Assembly (NCBI GenBank): GCA_965250115.1
Contig: CBDFNJ010000002.1
Coordinates: forward strand, 3,662,966 to 3,726,965
Direction: 5' to 3'
Source: Candidatus Marinacidobacterales bacterium
GTDB lineage: Bacteria; Acidobacteriota; Vicinamibacteria; Marinacidobacterales; SMYC01
Length of the DNA: 64,000 nt
In this document: one piece after another, positions 1-8,784 of the stretch
How positions within the stretch are numbered: position 1 is the stretch's first letter
How the letters are laid out: each line of letters begins with the position of its first letter
The notes under the pieces: model-generated
The model's input: the letters and a program-made list of their open reading frames with translations, nothing else
Databases searched by the model: none
Told to the model about the DNA's origin: nothing
Translations under genes and position numbers: made by a program

Positions 1-685
1 ACATGCCGTCGCGCTGGCGAATCAGCGCGACGCGCTCCATCATGGTGTCGTCTCGAGACGGCAGTCGAACGACGACGTAGCGTTGTTTTTCGACGCGCAA
101 GTAGTCCGCGAAGGGATCCGGCGCCAGATCGCTCGCGAACCTGAGTCGAGAGACGTTGCGTATCCGCTCGATGTCCTTCGCTTTCAGCTTCTTGTACTTC
201 TTCGAGACGTCGTTTGCGATCCGGTGATAGAGGTTTTGGAAGGGGTCCGCGGTGAATTCGCGGGCCAGGTATGCCGACGCGTCGGCTTCACCTTTGTACT
301 TCTTGTCGAGCCATACTTTGCCGGCCGCGTCCATGGCGCGAATCTCGAGCCTGAGCTCACGACCGTGAGACACCAGGACGGCACCCGATATCGCAAGATC
401 CGCTCCGCCAGTGTCCGGAACGACCCGGACCGCTCCCCAAAAGCCCCCCTCCTCGAAGACGCGCTTCAAACCGACGGGAATATAGCGGGCTTCCGCCTGT
501 CTTACCTCGGGAAAGAAATCTTCCGCTGGCTCGAATACGGTGATCCGCACGTCCAAGAGGCTCGCTTCCGGAGGCACCACGCCGGCTTGCACCAAGACGA
601 CGGGTTTGCTCGCCGCCCAACTCAATGACGCGACCAAGACGCCGGCAAGAAGCGCTGCAGGAAACAGGCTTGTTTTCGAGCTCAT
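1..685 (-). CDS. hypothetical secreted protein, partial (C-terminal part lies beyond window start)
   Basis: Absent from the ORF track because it runs off the window. Minus-strand reading from ATG (685..683) is open to position 1: MSSKTSLFPAALLAGVLVASLSWAASKPVVLVQAGVVPPEASLLDVRITVFEPAEDFFPEV... It has a signal-peptide-like N-terminus. I recognise no family. Confidence 0.5.
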   Translation of the reverse strand, partial: MSSKTSLFPAALLAGVLVASLSWAASKPVVLVQAGVVPPEASLLDVRITVFEPAEDFFPEVRQAEARYIPVGLKRVFEEGGFWGAVRVVPDTGGADLAISGAVLVSHGRELRLEIRAMDAAGKVWLDKKYKGEADASAYLAREFTADPFQNLYHRIANDVSKKYKKLKAKDIERIRNVSRLRFASDLAPDPFADYLRVEKQRYVVVRLPSRDDTMMERVALIRQRDGM

Positions 686-887
686 CACCAATGTCGGCAC
701 CAATCTCGTGTGATCGGAACCTTATCGTATACGCAAAACGGAGGCCAACGCCAAGGCCAGCTCTCGTGGCGTCTCGTGTCTCCCCAATAGGCCGAGACGA
801 CCTATTGTGGAGACGGGGAAGGGCTGGTCCCTGAGCTAGCGTACCTGGCCCTGTCGTTGTAACGTTGGGGCAACGAAGGGCTACCTT

Positions 888-2159
888 ATGAAAACACTGC
901 GCCTCCTGGCTTTGTCGGGCCTCTTGCCGATCTCTTTGCTCGCCACGCTCGTATTCAGCGATGAAAAGACCGCGCCAGGCTGGCATCAGTGGGGAGGGCC
1001 GGATCGCAACTTCCACGCGAAGTCGACCGGGCTCGCGATAGCCTGGCCGGCCGGCGGTCCGAACAAGCTCTGGAGTCGCGCGCTCGGCGAAGGCTACTCG
1101 AGCATTGTCGCCGACCCGGACGCGCTTTACACCATGTACCGTGTCGACGACGACGAGATCGTCGTTTCCCTCGAGGCGGCGACCGGGACGACGCGCTGGG
1201 AGCATCGATACGAAGCGCCTCTGCTCGAGCACATGAACTACGGCATCTGGCTGAGGCGGGGCGGCGCCGGCCCCTATTCGACACCTCTTTTGCTCGGCGA
1301 TGTGGTCTATGCGGTTGGGGCGACGGGCAAGTTCCATGCTCTCGATCGCAAAACGGGCGACGTTCTCTGGTACCACAACCTGGACGAGAAGTTCGAGATG
1401 AGGGGCTACAGCGGCTACGCATCGAGCCCGATCGTCTACGACGGGAACATCATCCTGCCTGTCGGCGGCCGCGGAAAGGCCGTCGTGGCTTTCGATCCCG
1501 CGAGCGGCGCCGTGGTCTGGAAGAACCAGGACTTTCGTCTCGCCCCAGCGTCACCCATCTTGATCGATGTCGACGGTCAGGACCAACTCGTCGTGTTCAC
1601 TCCCGAGGACGTCGTCGGGCTCGATCCCAAGAACGGCGACCTTCTGTGGAGCCACCCTCACAAGACCGAATATGGCCTGAACATCAGCACGCCGGTCTGG
1701 GGAGAAGGCGGCTTGCTGTTCATCTCATCCGCATACAACGGCGGAAGCCGTGTGATTCGTTTGACGCGTGCGAACGGCGAGACCACGGTGGAGAAGCTCT
1801 GGTCGACCAACCGCCTGCGCCTGCACTTCGGCAACGCCATCCGCATCGGCAACTTGATTCTAGGCACCAGTGGCGACTTCGGCCCGGCATTCTTCATCGC
1901 GGTCGATGTCGAAACTGGCGAAGAGGCCTGGAGGGAACGCAGCTTCGGCCGGTCCCAAATGGTCCATGCTGAAGGAAAGCTCGTTATCGTCGACGAAGGC
2001 GGCGACGTTGCGATTGCCTCGGCCGGTCCCAACGGTCTCGAAGTGCACGCGAGAACGGAGCTCCTGACGGAAAACGCCTGGACCGCACCGACACTCGTGG
2101 GAACGCACCTCTACGTCCGGGACCGGAAAAACATCGTGGCCGTGGACCTTGGAGAGTAG
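888..2159 (+). CDS. secreted PQQ-like beta-propeller repeat protein (BamB/YVTN-like)
   Basis: 423-aa ORF with signal peptide MKTLRLLALSGLLPISLLATLVFS. It has repeated Y/W..G.VYA....G.L.A.D..TG...W units typical of PQQ/WD40-like beta-propellers. Ends with a TAG stop. Confidence 0.8.
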   Translation: MKTLRLLALSGLLPISLLATLVFSDEKTAPGWHQWGGPDRNFHAKSTGLAIAWPAGGPNKLWSRALGEGYSSIVADPDALYTMYRVDDDEIVVSLEAATGTTRWEHRYEAPLLEHMNYGIWLRRGGAGPYSTPLLLGDVVYAVGATGKFHALDRKTGDVLWYHNLDEKFEMRGYSGYASSPIVYDGNIILPVGGRGKAVVAFDPASGAVVWKNQDFRLAPASPILIDVDGQDQLVVFTPEDVVGLDPKNGDLLWSHPHKTEYGLNISTPVWGEGGLLFISSAYNGGSRVIRLTRANGETTVEKLWSTNRLRLHFGNAIRIGNLILGTSGDFGPAFFIAVDVETGEEAWRERSFGRSQMVHAEGKLVIVDEGGDVAIASAGPNGLEVHARTELLTENAWTAPTLVGTHLYVRDRKNIVAVDLGE

Positions 2160-2203
2160 CCACGAGCGGGATGAGCACTCTGGCGTATTGCCCGAGCGCT
2201 TGA

Positions 2204-3592
2204 TCAAGGAAAGCGGAATCGAAGGGTCGTTAGGAACTCATCGTGGCCGATATCCTTGCTCGCGTCGATATCGTGAAAGGCGTACTCGAACGTCAGGTCG
2301 ACATTGCTCACGATAGTGACCCGGGCGCCCACGTCGATCTTCGCCCAGTCCCAGAACAGACTGGGCGCGACGAAGCCGGCCGGCGCGCGAAAATCGTTGT
2401 CGAGCCTGGCGTAGCGGAAGACAGGCTCGATCGCGGTGAACAGCGCTCCCGGATCCCCCGGGTCGCCGGACTCGATGCGATAGCCGACTTCGATCTCGAG
2501 GCCCTGGCGCGGCAGCGACGCCGACTCCTCGTTCACGAACTGGAAGAAAGCTCCGAGGTTTCCGAGCTGGGCGTCGAGGTTGAAGCCCCACTCCTTTCGG
2601 TCGTTACCCGCGATGGGAAGACTGACGCCGGCGCCATCGAGTAGGTCGAGGTCGCCTTCGTAGAAGGTCCCGTTCAGAGGAGCTGATTCCGAAAGCTTCG
2701 TTTGGTAGTAGAAACCGAAGACGTCGAGCCCAACGAGCTGGTCGTCCGACAGGAGCCGAAGGCCCACACCGGCTCCGGTCTCCAGGTGATCGTCGAAGGC
2801 GACTTCCTCGACCTCCGCGTGATAGAGGATGGGGATTCCTGCGTTGAAAGTGATCTCGGGGTTGGGCGGGGCTTCGACGCCGTTGTCACCGGCGAGAGCG
2901 TTCGGATCGCGCATGAAGATCGGGTTACCGTTGCTGACCTGGAACCGGAAGTAGAAGTGCTGCCCGAGACTGCCCCCGAGCTGAAACTACAGATCGTTGA
3001 ATCGGTTGAACGCCGTCTGAACCAGTCCGTAGCTCTCGAGCCGACGGAAGAGCTGGCGCTCGAACTTGGGCGCCTTCCCGAACAGAGCGTAGAGGTGGCT
3101 CCCGTGGATCGCCTCGAGCGATTCGTACTTCATGCCGAAGCGAAGGTAGGCCTCGTCGACGTCGACGTTGCGATCGCCGCTCGTTGGATTCCGGTCGTAG
3201 AGATCGACAAGATCGATCTTGACGCGCCCGAAGATCGACCGGGGCAGATTGGCCTCCAGAAACACCGTTGCCTTGCTGAGCTCGAGTGAGGAGCCCGGCG
3301 ACGGGGTTCTCAGCTCGACCCGATCTCGATTGGCCGGGATGAAACCATCGGGGAAGAAGGGAAGCGCGAAGAAGTCGTCCTCGGACCATCGGTAGTGCGC
3401 CTTGACCTCACTGGAGACTTGGAAAATTGTCTCGGAAGGCTCTTCGAACGGGACCTCGTCTGCGCTAGGGAAGAGACCGGAGACAACGACAGCAGGACAG
3501 CGAGAGGCAAACGACGCGGGATCATCGACAACAACTCCTGAAGAGAGGACAATTTCCAAAAAGGGGTCAATACCAGTCGCGTTTCCGGGCAC
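2204..3592 (-). pseudogene. hypothetical beta-rich (possibly outer-membrane) protein interrupted by a single in-frame TAG
   Basis: Track ORFs 2987..3592 and 2204..2914 lie in the same minus frame. They are separated only by TAG (plus-strand cta at 2987..2989). Read through, it gives ...NRFNDL*FQLGGSLGQHFYFRFQVSNGNPIFMRDPNAL... Confidence 0.5.
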
Positions 3593-3621
3593 GTTCGGGG
3601 TCTGCTATTATAGCAACCTCA

Positions 3622-4305
3622 TTGTATCGGTCGAAGATGAACAAGACATTTCTTCTTGTACTCACGCTACTCTGGACTCTTCCCGCATCGAGCCGGGCCC
3701 AGGTCTCGGGCCAGGTCGAAGTTCTGGAAAAAGGCGGCGTGAAGCGCCCCGTCATTCAGGACGTGCTCGTCTATATTGACGGCGTTTCCGTCGAGACAAC
3801 GACGCAGGGTAGCGCCCGGCACCAGACGATCAGGTCCCGCAACAAGGCGTTCGAGCCCCGCGTCGCGGCGGTGCTCGCCGGCACGACGGTGACATTCCCC
3901 AACCTCGACGACATCATGCACAACGTGTTCTCGCTCTCGAAGGGAAACCGCTTCGACCTAGGACTCTACAAGTCGGGTGCGCAGAAGGACTTCGTGCTCC
4001 GGAATCCGGGCCTGGTTCGCGTCTACTGCAACATCCATCCGCAGATGAGCGCCTTCGTTCACGTCACGGACAACCCCTATTACACTTGGGCGCAGCCCGA
4101 TGGCGCGTTTCGCATCGAGGGTGTCCCACCGGGCCGCTACACTCTGAGGGTCTGGAATGAGCAGGAAGAGACGACGAAGCCGGTGCTCGTGACCGAGCAG
4201 GGAGCGAGCGGCGTGCTCGTTCAGCTCGACGTGAGCAGCTACAAGAGGCGCCCCCATCTCAACAAGTTCGGCAAGCCGTACAAGAAGAAACGTGGCAAGT
4301 ACTGA
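3622..4305 (+). CDS. secreted cupredoxin-like protein with C-terminal carboxypeptidase-regulatory-like beta-sandwich
   Basis: Signal peptide MNKTFLLVLTLLWTLPASSRAQ (alternative start 3637). It has a His in IMHNVFS and YCNIHPQM (Cys-x2-His-x2-Met), an amicyanin/pseudoazurin-type type-1 copper ligand pattern. The C-terminus AFRIEGVPPGRYTLRVWNE resembles CarboxypepD_reg. The 3' end overlaps the start of the downstream sensor by 14 bp. Confidence 0.7.
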   Translation: MYRSKMNKTFLLVLTLLWTLPASSRAQVSGQVEVLEKGGVKRPVIQDVLVYIDGVSVETTTQGSARHQTIRSRNKAFEPRVAAVLAGTTVTFPNLDDIMHNVFSLSKGNRFDLGLYKSGAQKDFVLRNPGLVRVYCNIHPQMSAFVHVTDNPYYTWAQPDGAFRIEGVPPGRYTLRVWNEQEETTKPVLVTEQGASGVLVQLDVSSYKRRPHLNKFGKPYKKKRGKY

Positions 4306-6931
4306 ATCCTTGTGGTCTCGGCTCAGCCTGCAGGCGAAGATTTTCTTTCTCTCCCTTTCACTCGTCGTCGGTCTCACCGGCGCACTCCTCCTGTTCTCGT
4401 ATCAACGCGCGACCCGGCTCGCCAACGAGTCGCTCAGCCGGGCTCTGACCAGTACCCGTCAGCTCTACAAAAATCTCGAGACCGACCGTCTCGAGAAGCT
4501 CGCGCTCATCAACTCGGTCCTCGTCGAAAGCCCGTACTTCAAAGCGGCGGTCGCGGAGATGGACGCGGCGACGACACTCGATTCCACCCTCGACATGGCC
4601 GAGCAGGTCGGAAGCGATTTCATGATCGTGACCGACTACGAGGGGAGAATCGTCGCTCGCACGGACGTTCCGACCCAGAGCGGGAGGGATCTCTCGACGA
4701 CCCCTCTCGTCGGTTATGCACTCGGGGGTGAGAGTGCCGGCGGTGTCTGGGGCGAAGACGGCCACCTTTACCACGCCGTTTCGGTTCCCTTGCTCGTCGG
4801 GCCCGAGCTGCTCGGAGCCGTCGTCACCGGCTACGAGATTGGCGACGAGCTCGCCCTTTACATCAAGGGCATCGCGGGCTGCGAGGTCGTTTTCTTTTCC
4901 GCGACCGAGAACGAGGCCTATCGCGAGACGGGCTCGACGCTCGCCGAAGCGACGAGCACGCTCCGGGAGTGGGTCGAGGGAGCCTCGATGGCGTCCGCGG
5001 AGGAGGACGTCCGGCTGTCGCTCGGAGGGGAGGAGTATCAGGCGGTCTTCGCCCCACTGACGACCGTCGACGACGAGCCGATCGGTCTGTTCGCGGCCCT
5101 GCGCTCGAGAGATCGCGAGCTCGCAGCGTTTCGCTCGTTTCAGCGCAACGTGCTGCTCGTCGGTGTGCTCGGTATCGGGCTCGCCGTCCTCGCGAGCCAC
5201 CTGCTCGCGCGTGGCGTGGTCCGGCCTCTCAAGAAGCTCGTGACCGTCACCGATCGTATTCGCGAGGGCGACTACGGAAGCGACGTCGAGGTCAACTCCG
5301 GCGACGAGGTCGGCGCGCTCGCGAAGAGCTTCCGCGCGCTCCTGGGAGAGCTTCGCGAGAAGCAGGTCATGGAGAAATTCATCTCTCGCTCGGCCGCAGA
5401 GATGATTCAGAAGTCCGACGCCGTTTCCGTCGTCACCGGCGGGCGCCGGGCAGTCACCGTGCTCGTCTCCGAGCTGAAATCGTACGCCGCCTTCAAGGAC
5501 GAGAGCGCGGAGCCGAGCGCCGTTCTCGAGCGGGTGAATCGCGCCCTCGAGCGGCAGGCCGAGCTCGTCGAGCGCTACGGCGGGCAAGTCGACAAGTTCG
5601 TCGGCGACCGGATGATGGCCGTCTTCAAGGGGGAGGACCGGGTCTGGCCCGCGATTCGCTGCGCGATCTCGATCCAGCATCTGCTCGAGGCCGATGGCGA
5701 CGAAGAGGCGCTCATGCCGGGCATCGGTGTCAGCGCGGGTGAAGTGATCTTCGGCGCCGTGGGTAGCTCCAATCGGCTCGACTATTCACTGCTGGGGCCC
5801 ACCGTTCACGTGGCCGAGCGCCTGGCTAGCGAAGCGCCTCCGGGCGACGTGCTCCTCGCTCAGAACGCCTACGCTCAGGTTCAGGATCGCGCGTCGGCTG
5901 AGTCGCTGAAACCACTGAAGCTCCAGGGTATCGACGAGGTGATTCCCGTCTACAGCCTCTCGACGGGTACGATTCGGGGGCAGCAGATCGCCTCGTCGCG
6001 GACGGACGCCGGGCTTTCGCAGCGGGACGCGCCCACGCTCGTGGATGGCACCCAGGAGCCGGCCATGACACTCAGCTCGCTCGAGCCGGGCGCGGTGCTC
6101 GGCAAGCGATACGAGATCCGGCGCGTGCTCGGCAGCGGCGGGATGGGGATGGTCTTTCAAGCGAAGGACCACGACCTCGACGAGCTCGTTGCGCTCAAGG
6201 TGCTGCGCCCGGAGATCGCCTCCATGAATCCCAGCATTCTGGAGCGTTTCAAGACCGAGATCCGCGTCGCGCGGCGGATCACCCATCGCAACGTCGTTCG
6301 GACTTTCGACTTCGGCGACGCCAATGGCATCAAGTTCATCAGCATGGAGTTCGTTCAAGGCATGACGTTGAAGCAGCTCATTCGCAGCAAAGGAGCCCTG
6401 CCGATCAGCGTCGGCCTCCAGATCGCGAAGCAGGCATGCAACGGTCTCGTCGCCGCTCACGAGCAGGGCGTCGTCCACCGCGACGTCAAACCGCAGAACA
6501 TGATGCTCACGCCGCAGAGCGAAGTGAAGATCATGGATTTCGGCATCGTACGCGAAAACGGCGAATCGAGCATGACGCAGACCGGGCTGGTGATTGGCAC
6601 ACCCGACTACATGTCTCCCGAACAGGCGGAGGGCAAGGCGGACCTGGATCAGCGAAGTGACATCTATTCGTTCGGGGTGGTGCTCTACGAAATATTCACG
6701 GGGTCGACGCCGTTCAAGGGAACGACGCCAATGGGCGTCGCGATGCAGCACATCCAGGATGCGCCTCCGATACCGCGAAGCCTGAACTCGCAGCTCCCGT
6801 CGGACGTCAAGCAGCTCATCCTGCGCTGCATGCAGAAAGCCCCGGACCAGCGGCATCAGAAGATGGCGGACGTCCAGGCCGAACTCTTTCGCGTCTCGGC
6901 CGCGGTGTCCCGCCAGAGCGCCACGGCTTGA
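4292..6931 (+). CDS. transmembrane sensor: periplasmic domain - HAMP - class III nucleotidyl cyclase domain - Hanks-type Ser/Thr protein kinase
   Basis: 879 aa. TM1 is FFLSLSLVVGLTGALLLF, followed by a periplasmic region of about 250 aa, then TM2 VLLVGVLGIGLAVLASHLLA. HAMP is LKKLVTVTDRIREGDYGSDVEVNSGDEVGALAKSFRALL. The cyclase-homology domain is RRAVTVLVSELKS...VDKFVGDRMMAVFKG...LGPTVHVAERLA. Kinase motifs are GSGGMGMVFQA, ALKVL, HRDVKPQNMML, DFGIV and GTPDYMSPEQ. Confidence 0.9.
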   Translation: MASTESLWSRLSLQAKIFFLSLSLVVGLTGALLLFSYQRATRLANESLSRALTSTRQLYKNLETDRLEKLALINSVLVESPYFKAAVAEMDAATTLDSTLDMAEQVGSDFMIVTDYEGRIVARTDVPTQSGRDLSTTPLVGYALGGESAGGVWGEDGHLYHAVSVPLLVGPELLGAVVTGYEIGDELALYIKGIAGCEVVFFSATENEAYRETGSTLAEATSTLREWVEGASMASAEEDVRLSLGGEEYQAVFAPLTTVDDEPIGLFAALRSRDRELAAFRSFQRNVLLVGVLGIGLAVLASHLLARGVVRPLKKLVTVTDRIREGDYGSDVEVNSGDEVGALAKSFRALLGELREKQVMEKFISRSAAEMIQKSDAVSVVTGGRRAVTVLVSELKSYAAFKDESAEPSAVLERVNRALERQAELVERYGGQVDKFVGDRMMAVFKGEDRVWPAIRCAISIQHLLEADGDEEALMPGIGVSAGEVIFGAVGSSNRLDYSLLGPTVHVAERLASEAPPGDVLLAQNAYAQVQDRASAESLKPLKLQGIDEVIPVYSLSTGTIRGQQIASSRTDAGLSQRDAPTLVDGTQEPAMTLSSLEPGAVLGKRYEIRRVLGSGGMGMVFQAKDHDLDELVALKVLRPEIASMNPSILERFKTEIRVARRITHRNVVRTFDFGDANGIKFISMEFVQGMTLKQLIRSKGALPISVGLQIAKQACNGLVAAHEQGVVHRDVKPQNMMLTPQSEVKIMDFGIVRENGESSMTQTGLVIGTPDYMSPEQAEGKADLDQRSDIYSFGVVLYEIFTGSTPFKGTTPMGVAMQHIQDAPPIPRSLNSQLPSDVKQLILRCMQKAPDQRHQKMADVQAELFRVSAAVSRQSATA

Positions 6932-7035
6932 CCCGCAGTGGCGTGGCCGAGTGGCTGGCTATCGGAGTTACTGCTAGACTGTGCCGTTCGAAGGTCGGCA
7001 AAGACGGGGGAATTGGATTTCCTCGAGGAGGAAAG

Positions 7036-8625
7036 ATGAAGGGGTTCCAAGTGATTGGTGTCGCGTTCCTCGTGCTCGCTGTCACTGTGGGTACGGTGGC
7101 AGCTCAGGGTGATGACGTCGGAACGCTCGTTTTTCCGACATCGACGAAATCACCCGAAGCGCAGGCGCGGTTCCTGCGTGGCGCGGCCATTTTGCACAGC
7201 TTCGGATGGAAGCAGGCCATTACCGAGTTCCAGGCGGCGCAGAAGCTGGACCCGGACTTCGCCATGGCCTACTGGGGTGAGAGTCTTTGCTACAACCATC
7301 CGCTGATCGGCGACAGGGATCTGGATTCGCCTCGTGCAGTCTTGAAGCGGTTGGGAGCAACGCCTAGAGAGCGGCTTGCGAAAGCGCCCACGGATCGGGA
7401 GAAGGGTTTTTTGCAAGCGGTCGAGCTTCTGTGGGCCGAAGCAGATATCGCCGAGCGCAAGATTGGCTACATGGAATCCATGCGAAGTCTCTACGAGAAA
7501 TACTCCAAAGACGACGAGGTCGCTTCGCATTACGCGCTGGCGACAATCGCCGCCGTGCGCCCTACCGGTGACACTACCTCCCGGATGTACGTCGAGGCCG
7601 GGGCGATCGCCCTGGAAGTGTTCGGGCGGAATCCGAGTCACCCCGGTGGCGCTCACTACACCATTCATGCTTTCGACGACCCGGTGCACGCGCCGCTGGC
7701 GCTTCCCGCCGCCCATCGCTTCGCGGAGATTGCGGAAGCCGTATCGCACGCGCGTCATATGCCATCGCACATCTTCATTCAGCGCGGCATGTGGGAACGG
7801 GTCTCGATATCCAACCAATCCGCTTACGAAGCTGCCATCAACCTGTGGGAGCCGGGAGACACCATGGGTGGTGCGCTGCACGCGCTTGAGTGGGGGCAGT
7901 ATGGCGATCTGCAGCGCGGCGACTACGCCAAAGCCAAGACCTGGATGGAAAGGCTCGAGGAGCTGAACGAGAAGAGAGGCTCGCAAGCTCGCGGTGTGTC
8001 GGCCGTGCCGCTGGTGAAAGCGCGCTACGTTCTGGAGACGGAAACGTGGGACGTTAAGCCGGTGACTGAGAAGTCGTCCGCGCACGAGCTTCTGGCGACG
8101 GGTATCAGCGCCTACCATACCGGAGACAAGGCGACGCTCGAAAAAGCCGCCGGTCAGATCCGTGTCGTAGCCGACAAGCAAGCGGCGGACATGTCGCTGT
8201 ACAACCGAGTCGCGAAACCGACGCGCGTCGCGCAGCACGAGGTCGAGGCGCTCGACGCACTGGCAAAGGGTGACAAGATGGGCGCCGTCGAGCACCTCAA
8301 GAAGGGCGTGGAGCTGGCCGAAAGCATGGGTCGACCCAATGGGCCTGCCACACCGTTGAAGCCCGTGCACGAGATCGCCGGAGAGGTTTTCTTGGAGATC
8401 GGCCAGCCGGAAGAGGCCGCGCTGTTCTACCAGGAGTCGCTTCTGCGCACGCCCAACCGGCCCCTGTCCGTTCGTGGACTGGCCCGCGCTCATGCGGCGA
8501 TGGGCAATCGCTCGCTGGCCAGCGAGCAATATCGGAAGCTCCAGAACATCTGGAGCGGGTATTCTGTGCCGGGTCTGAACGAGGTGTCGGACTATCTCAC
8601 TTCAACGGATGCCGAAGGTCAATAA
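7036..8625 (+). CDS. secreted tetratricopeptide-repeat protein
   Basis: ATG at 7036 follows GGAGGAGGAAAG. Signal peptide MKGFQVIGVAFLVLAVTVGTVAAQ. TPR-like repeats (AMAYWGESLCYNH...; LARAHAAMGNRSLASEQYRKL). The track ORF starts earlier at 6928, but that N-terminus lacks a signal peptide and overlaps the upstream gene. Confidence 0.8.
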   Translation: MKGFQVIGVAFLVLAVTVGTVAAQGDDVGTLVFPTSTKSPEAQARFLRGAAILHSFGWKQAITEFQAAQKLDPDFAMAYWGESLCYNHPLIGDRDLDSPRAVLKRLGATPRERLAKAPTDREKGFLQAVELLWAEADIAERKIGYMESMRSLYEKYSKDDEVASHYALATIAAVRPTGDTTSRMYVEAGAIALEVFGRNPSHPGGAHYTIHAFDDPVHAPLALPAAHRFAEIAEAVSHARHMPSHIFIQRGMWERVSISNQSAYEAAINLWEPGDTMGGALHALEWGQYGDLQRGDYAKAKTWMERLEELNEKRGSQARGVSAVPLVKARYVLETETWDVKPVTEKSSAHELLATGISAYHTGDKATLEKAAGQIRVVADKQAADMSLYNRVAKPTRVAQHEVEALDALAKGDKMGAVEHLKKGVELAESMGRPNGPATPLKPVHEIAGEVFLEIGQPEEAALFYQESLLRTPNRPLSVRGLARAHAAMGNRSLASEQYRKLQNIWSGYSVPGLNEVSDYLTSTDAEGQ

Positions 8626-8675
8626 ACTGACTTAGCACGCCACGCGAGGGCGGAGGCTTTGAAGCTTCCGCCCTC
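8521..8675. repeat. direct repeat copy A (3' end of TPR gene plus hairpin), partner at 10168..10321
   Basis: agcgagcaatatcggaagctccagaacatctggagcgggtattctgtgccgggtctgaacgaggtgtcggactatctc...gagggcggaggctttgaagcttccgccctc recurs 1.65 kb downstream. By eye the copies are about 85-90% identical. Confidence 0.85.
8646..8675 (+). terminator. GC-rich hairpin downstream of TPR gene (gagggcggaggc-tttgaa-gcttccgccctc)
   Basis: 12-bp inverted repeat with a 6-nt loop, 20 nt after the stop codon. No clear U-tract follows. It is conserved in repeat copy B at 10293..10321. Confidence 0.35.
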
Positions 8676-8784
8676 TTCGCGCAAGGTCATGGCGGACGCA
8701 CACGGCGAAAGTCAGCGCGGGGAATTGCCATAGGTCCGGCTGCATGCGCCGGATTCTAGCCGCTCATAGTGCCTGCGCCACCTC

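Noticed and set aside
357-1376. 339-aa minus-strand ORF in the track
   Set aside because: Low-complexity, Arg/Pro-rich translation typical of an off-frame read in a high-GC genome. It overlaps the well-formed partial gene at 1..685 and the intergenic region. No motifs.
4358-5680. 440-aa minus-strand ORF antisense to the sensor gene
   Set aside because: Lies entirely antisense to a gene with clear HAMP, cyclase and kinase motifs. Arg-rich low-complexity sequence. High-GC shadow ORF.
6931-7035. tRNA-like stretch (tggcgtggccgagtggctggctatcggag) between the sensor and TPR genes
   Set aside because: It resembles a Ser/Leu-type D-arm, but I could not fold an acceptor stem, an anticodon arm or a T-arm (GTTCGA.TC appears only loosely as gttcgaaggtc). 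Too incomplete to call a tRNA. It might be a remnant.
7150-8529. 459-aa minus-strand ORF antisense to the TPR gene
   Set aside because: Shadow ORF. No signal peptide or motifs, whereas the plus-strand TPR protein has a signal peptide and a repeat structure.
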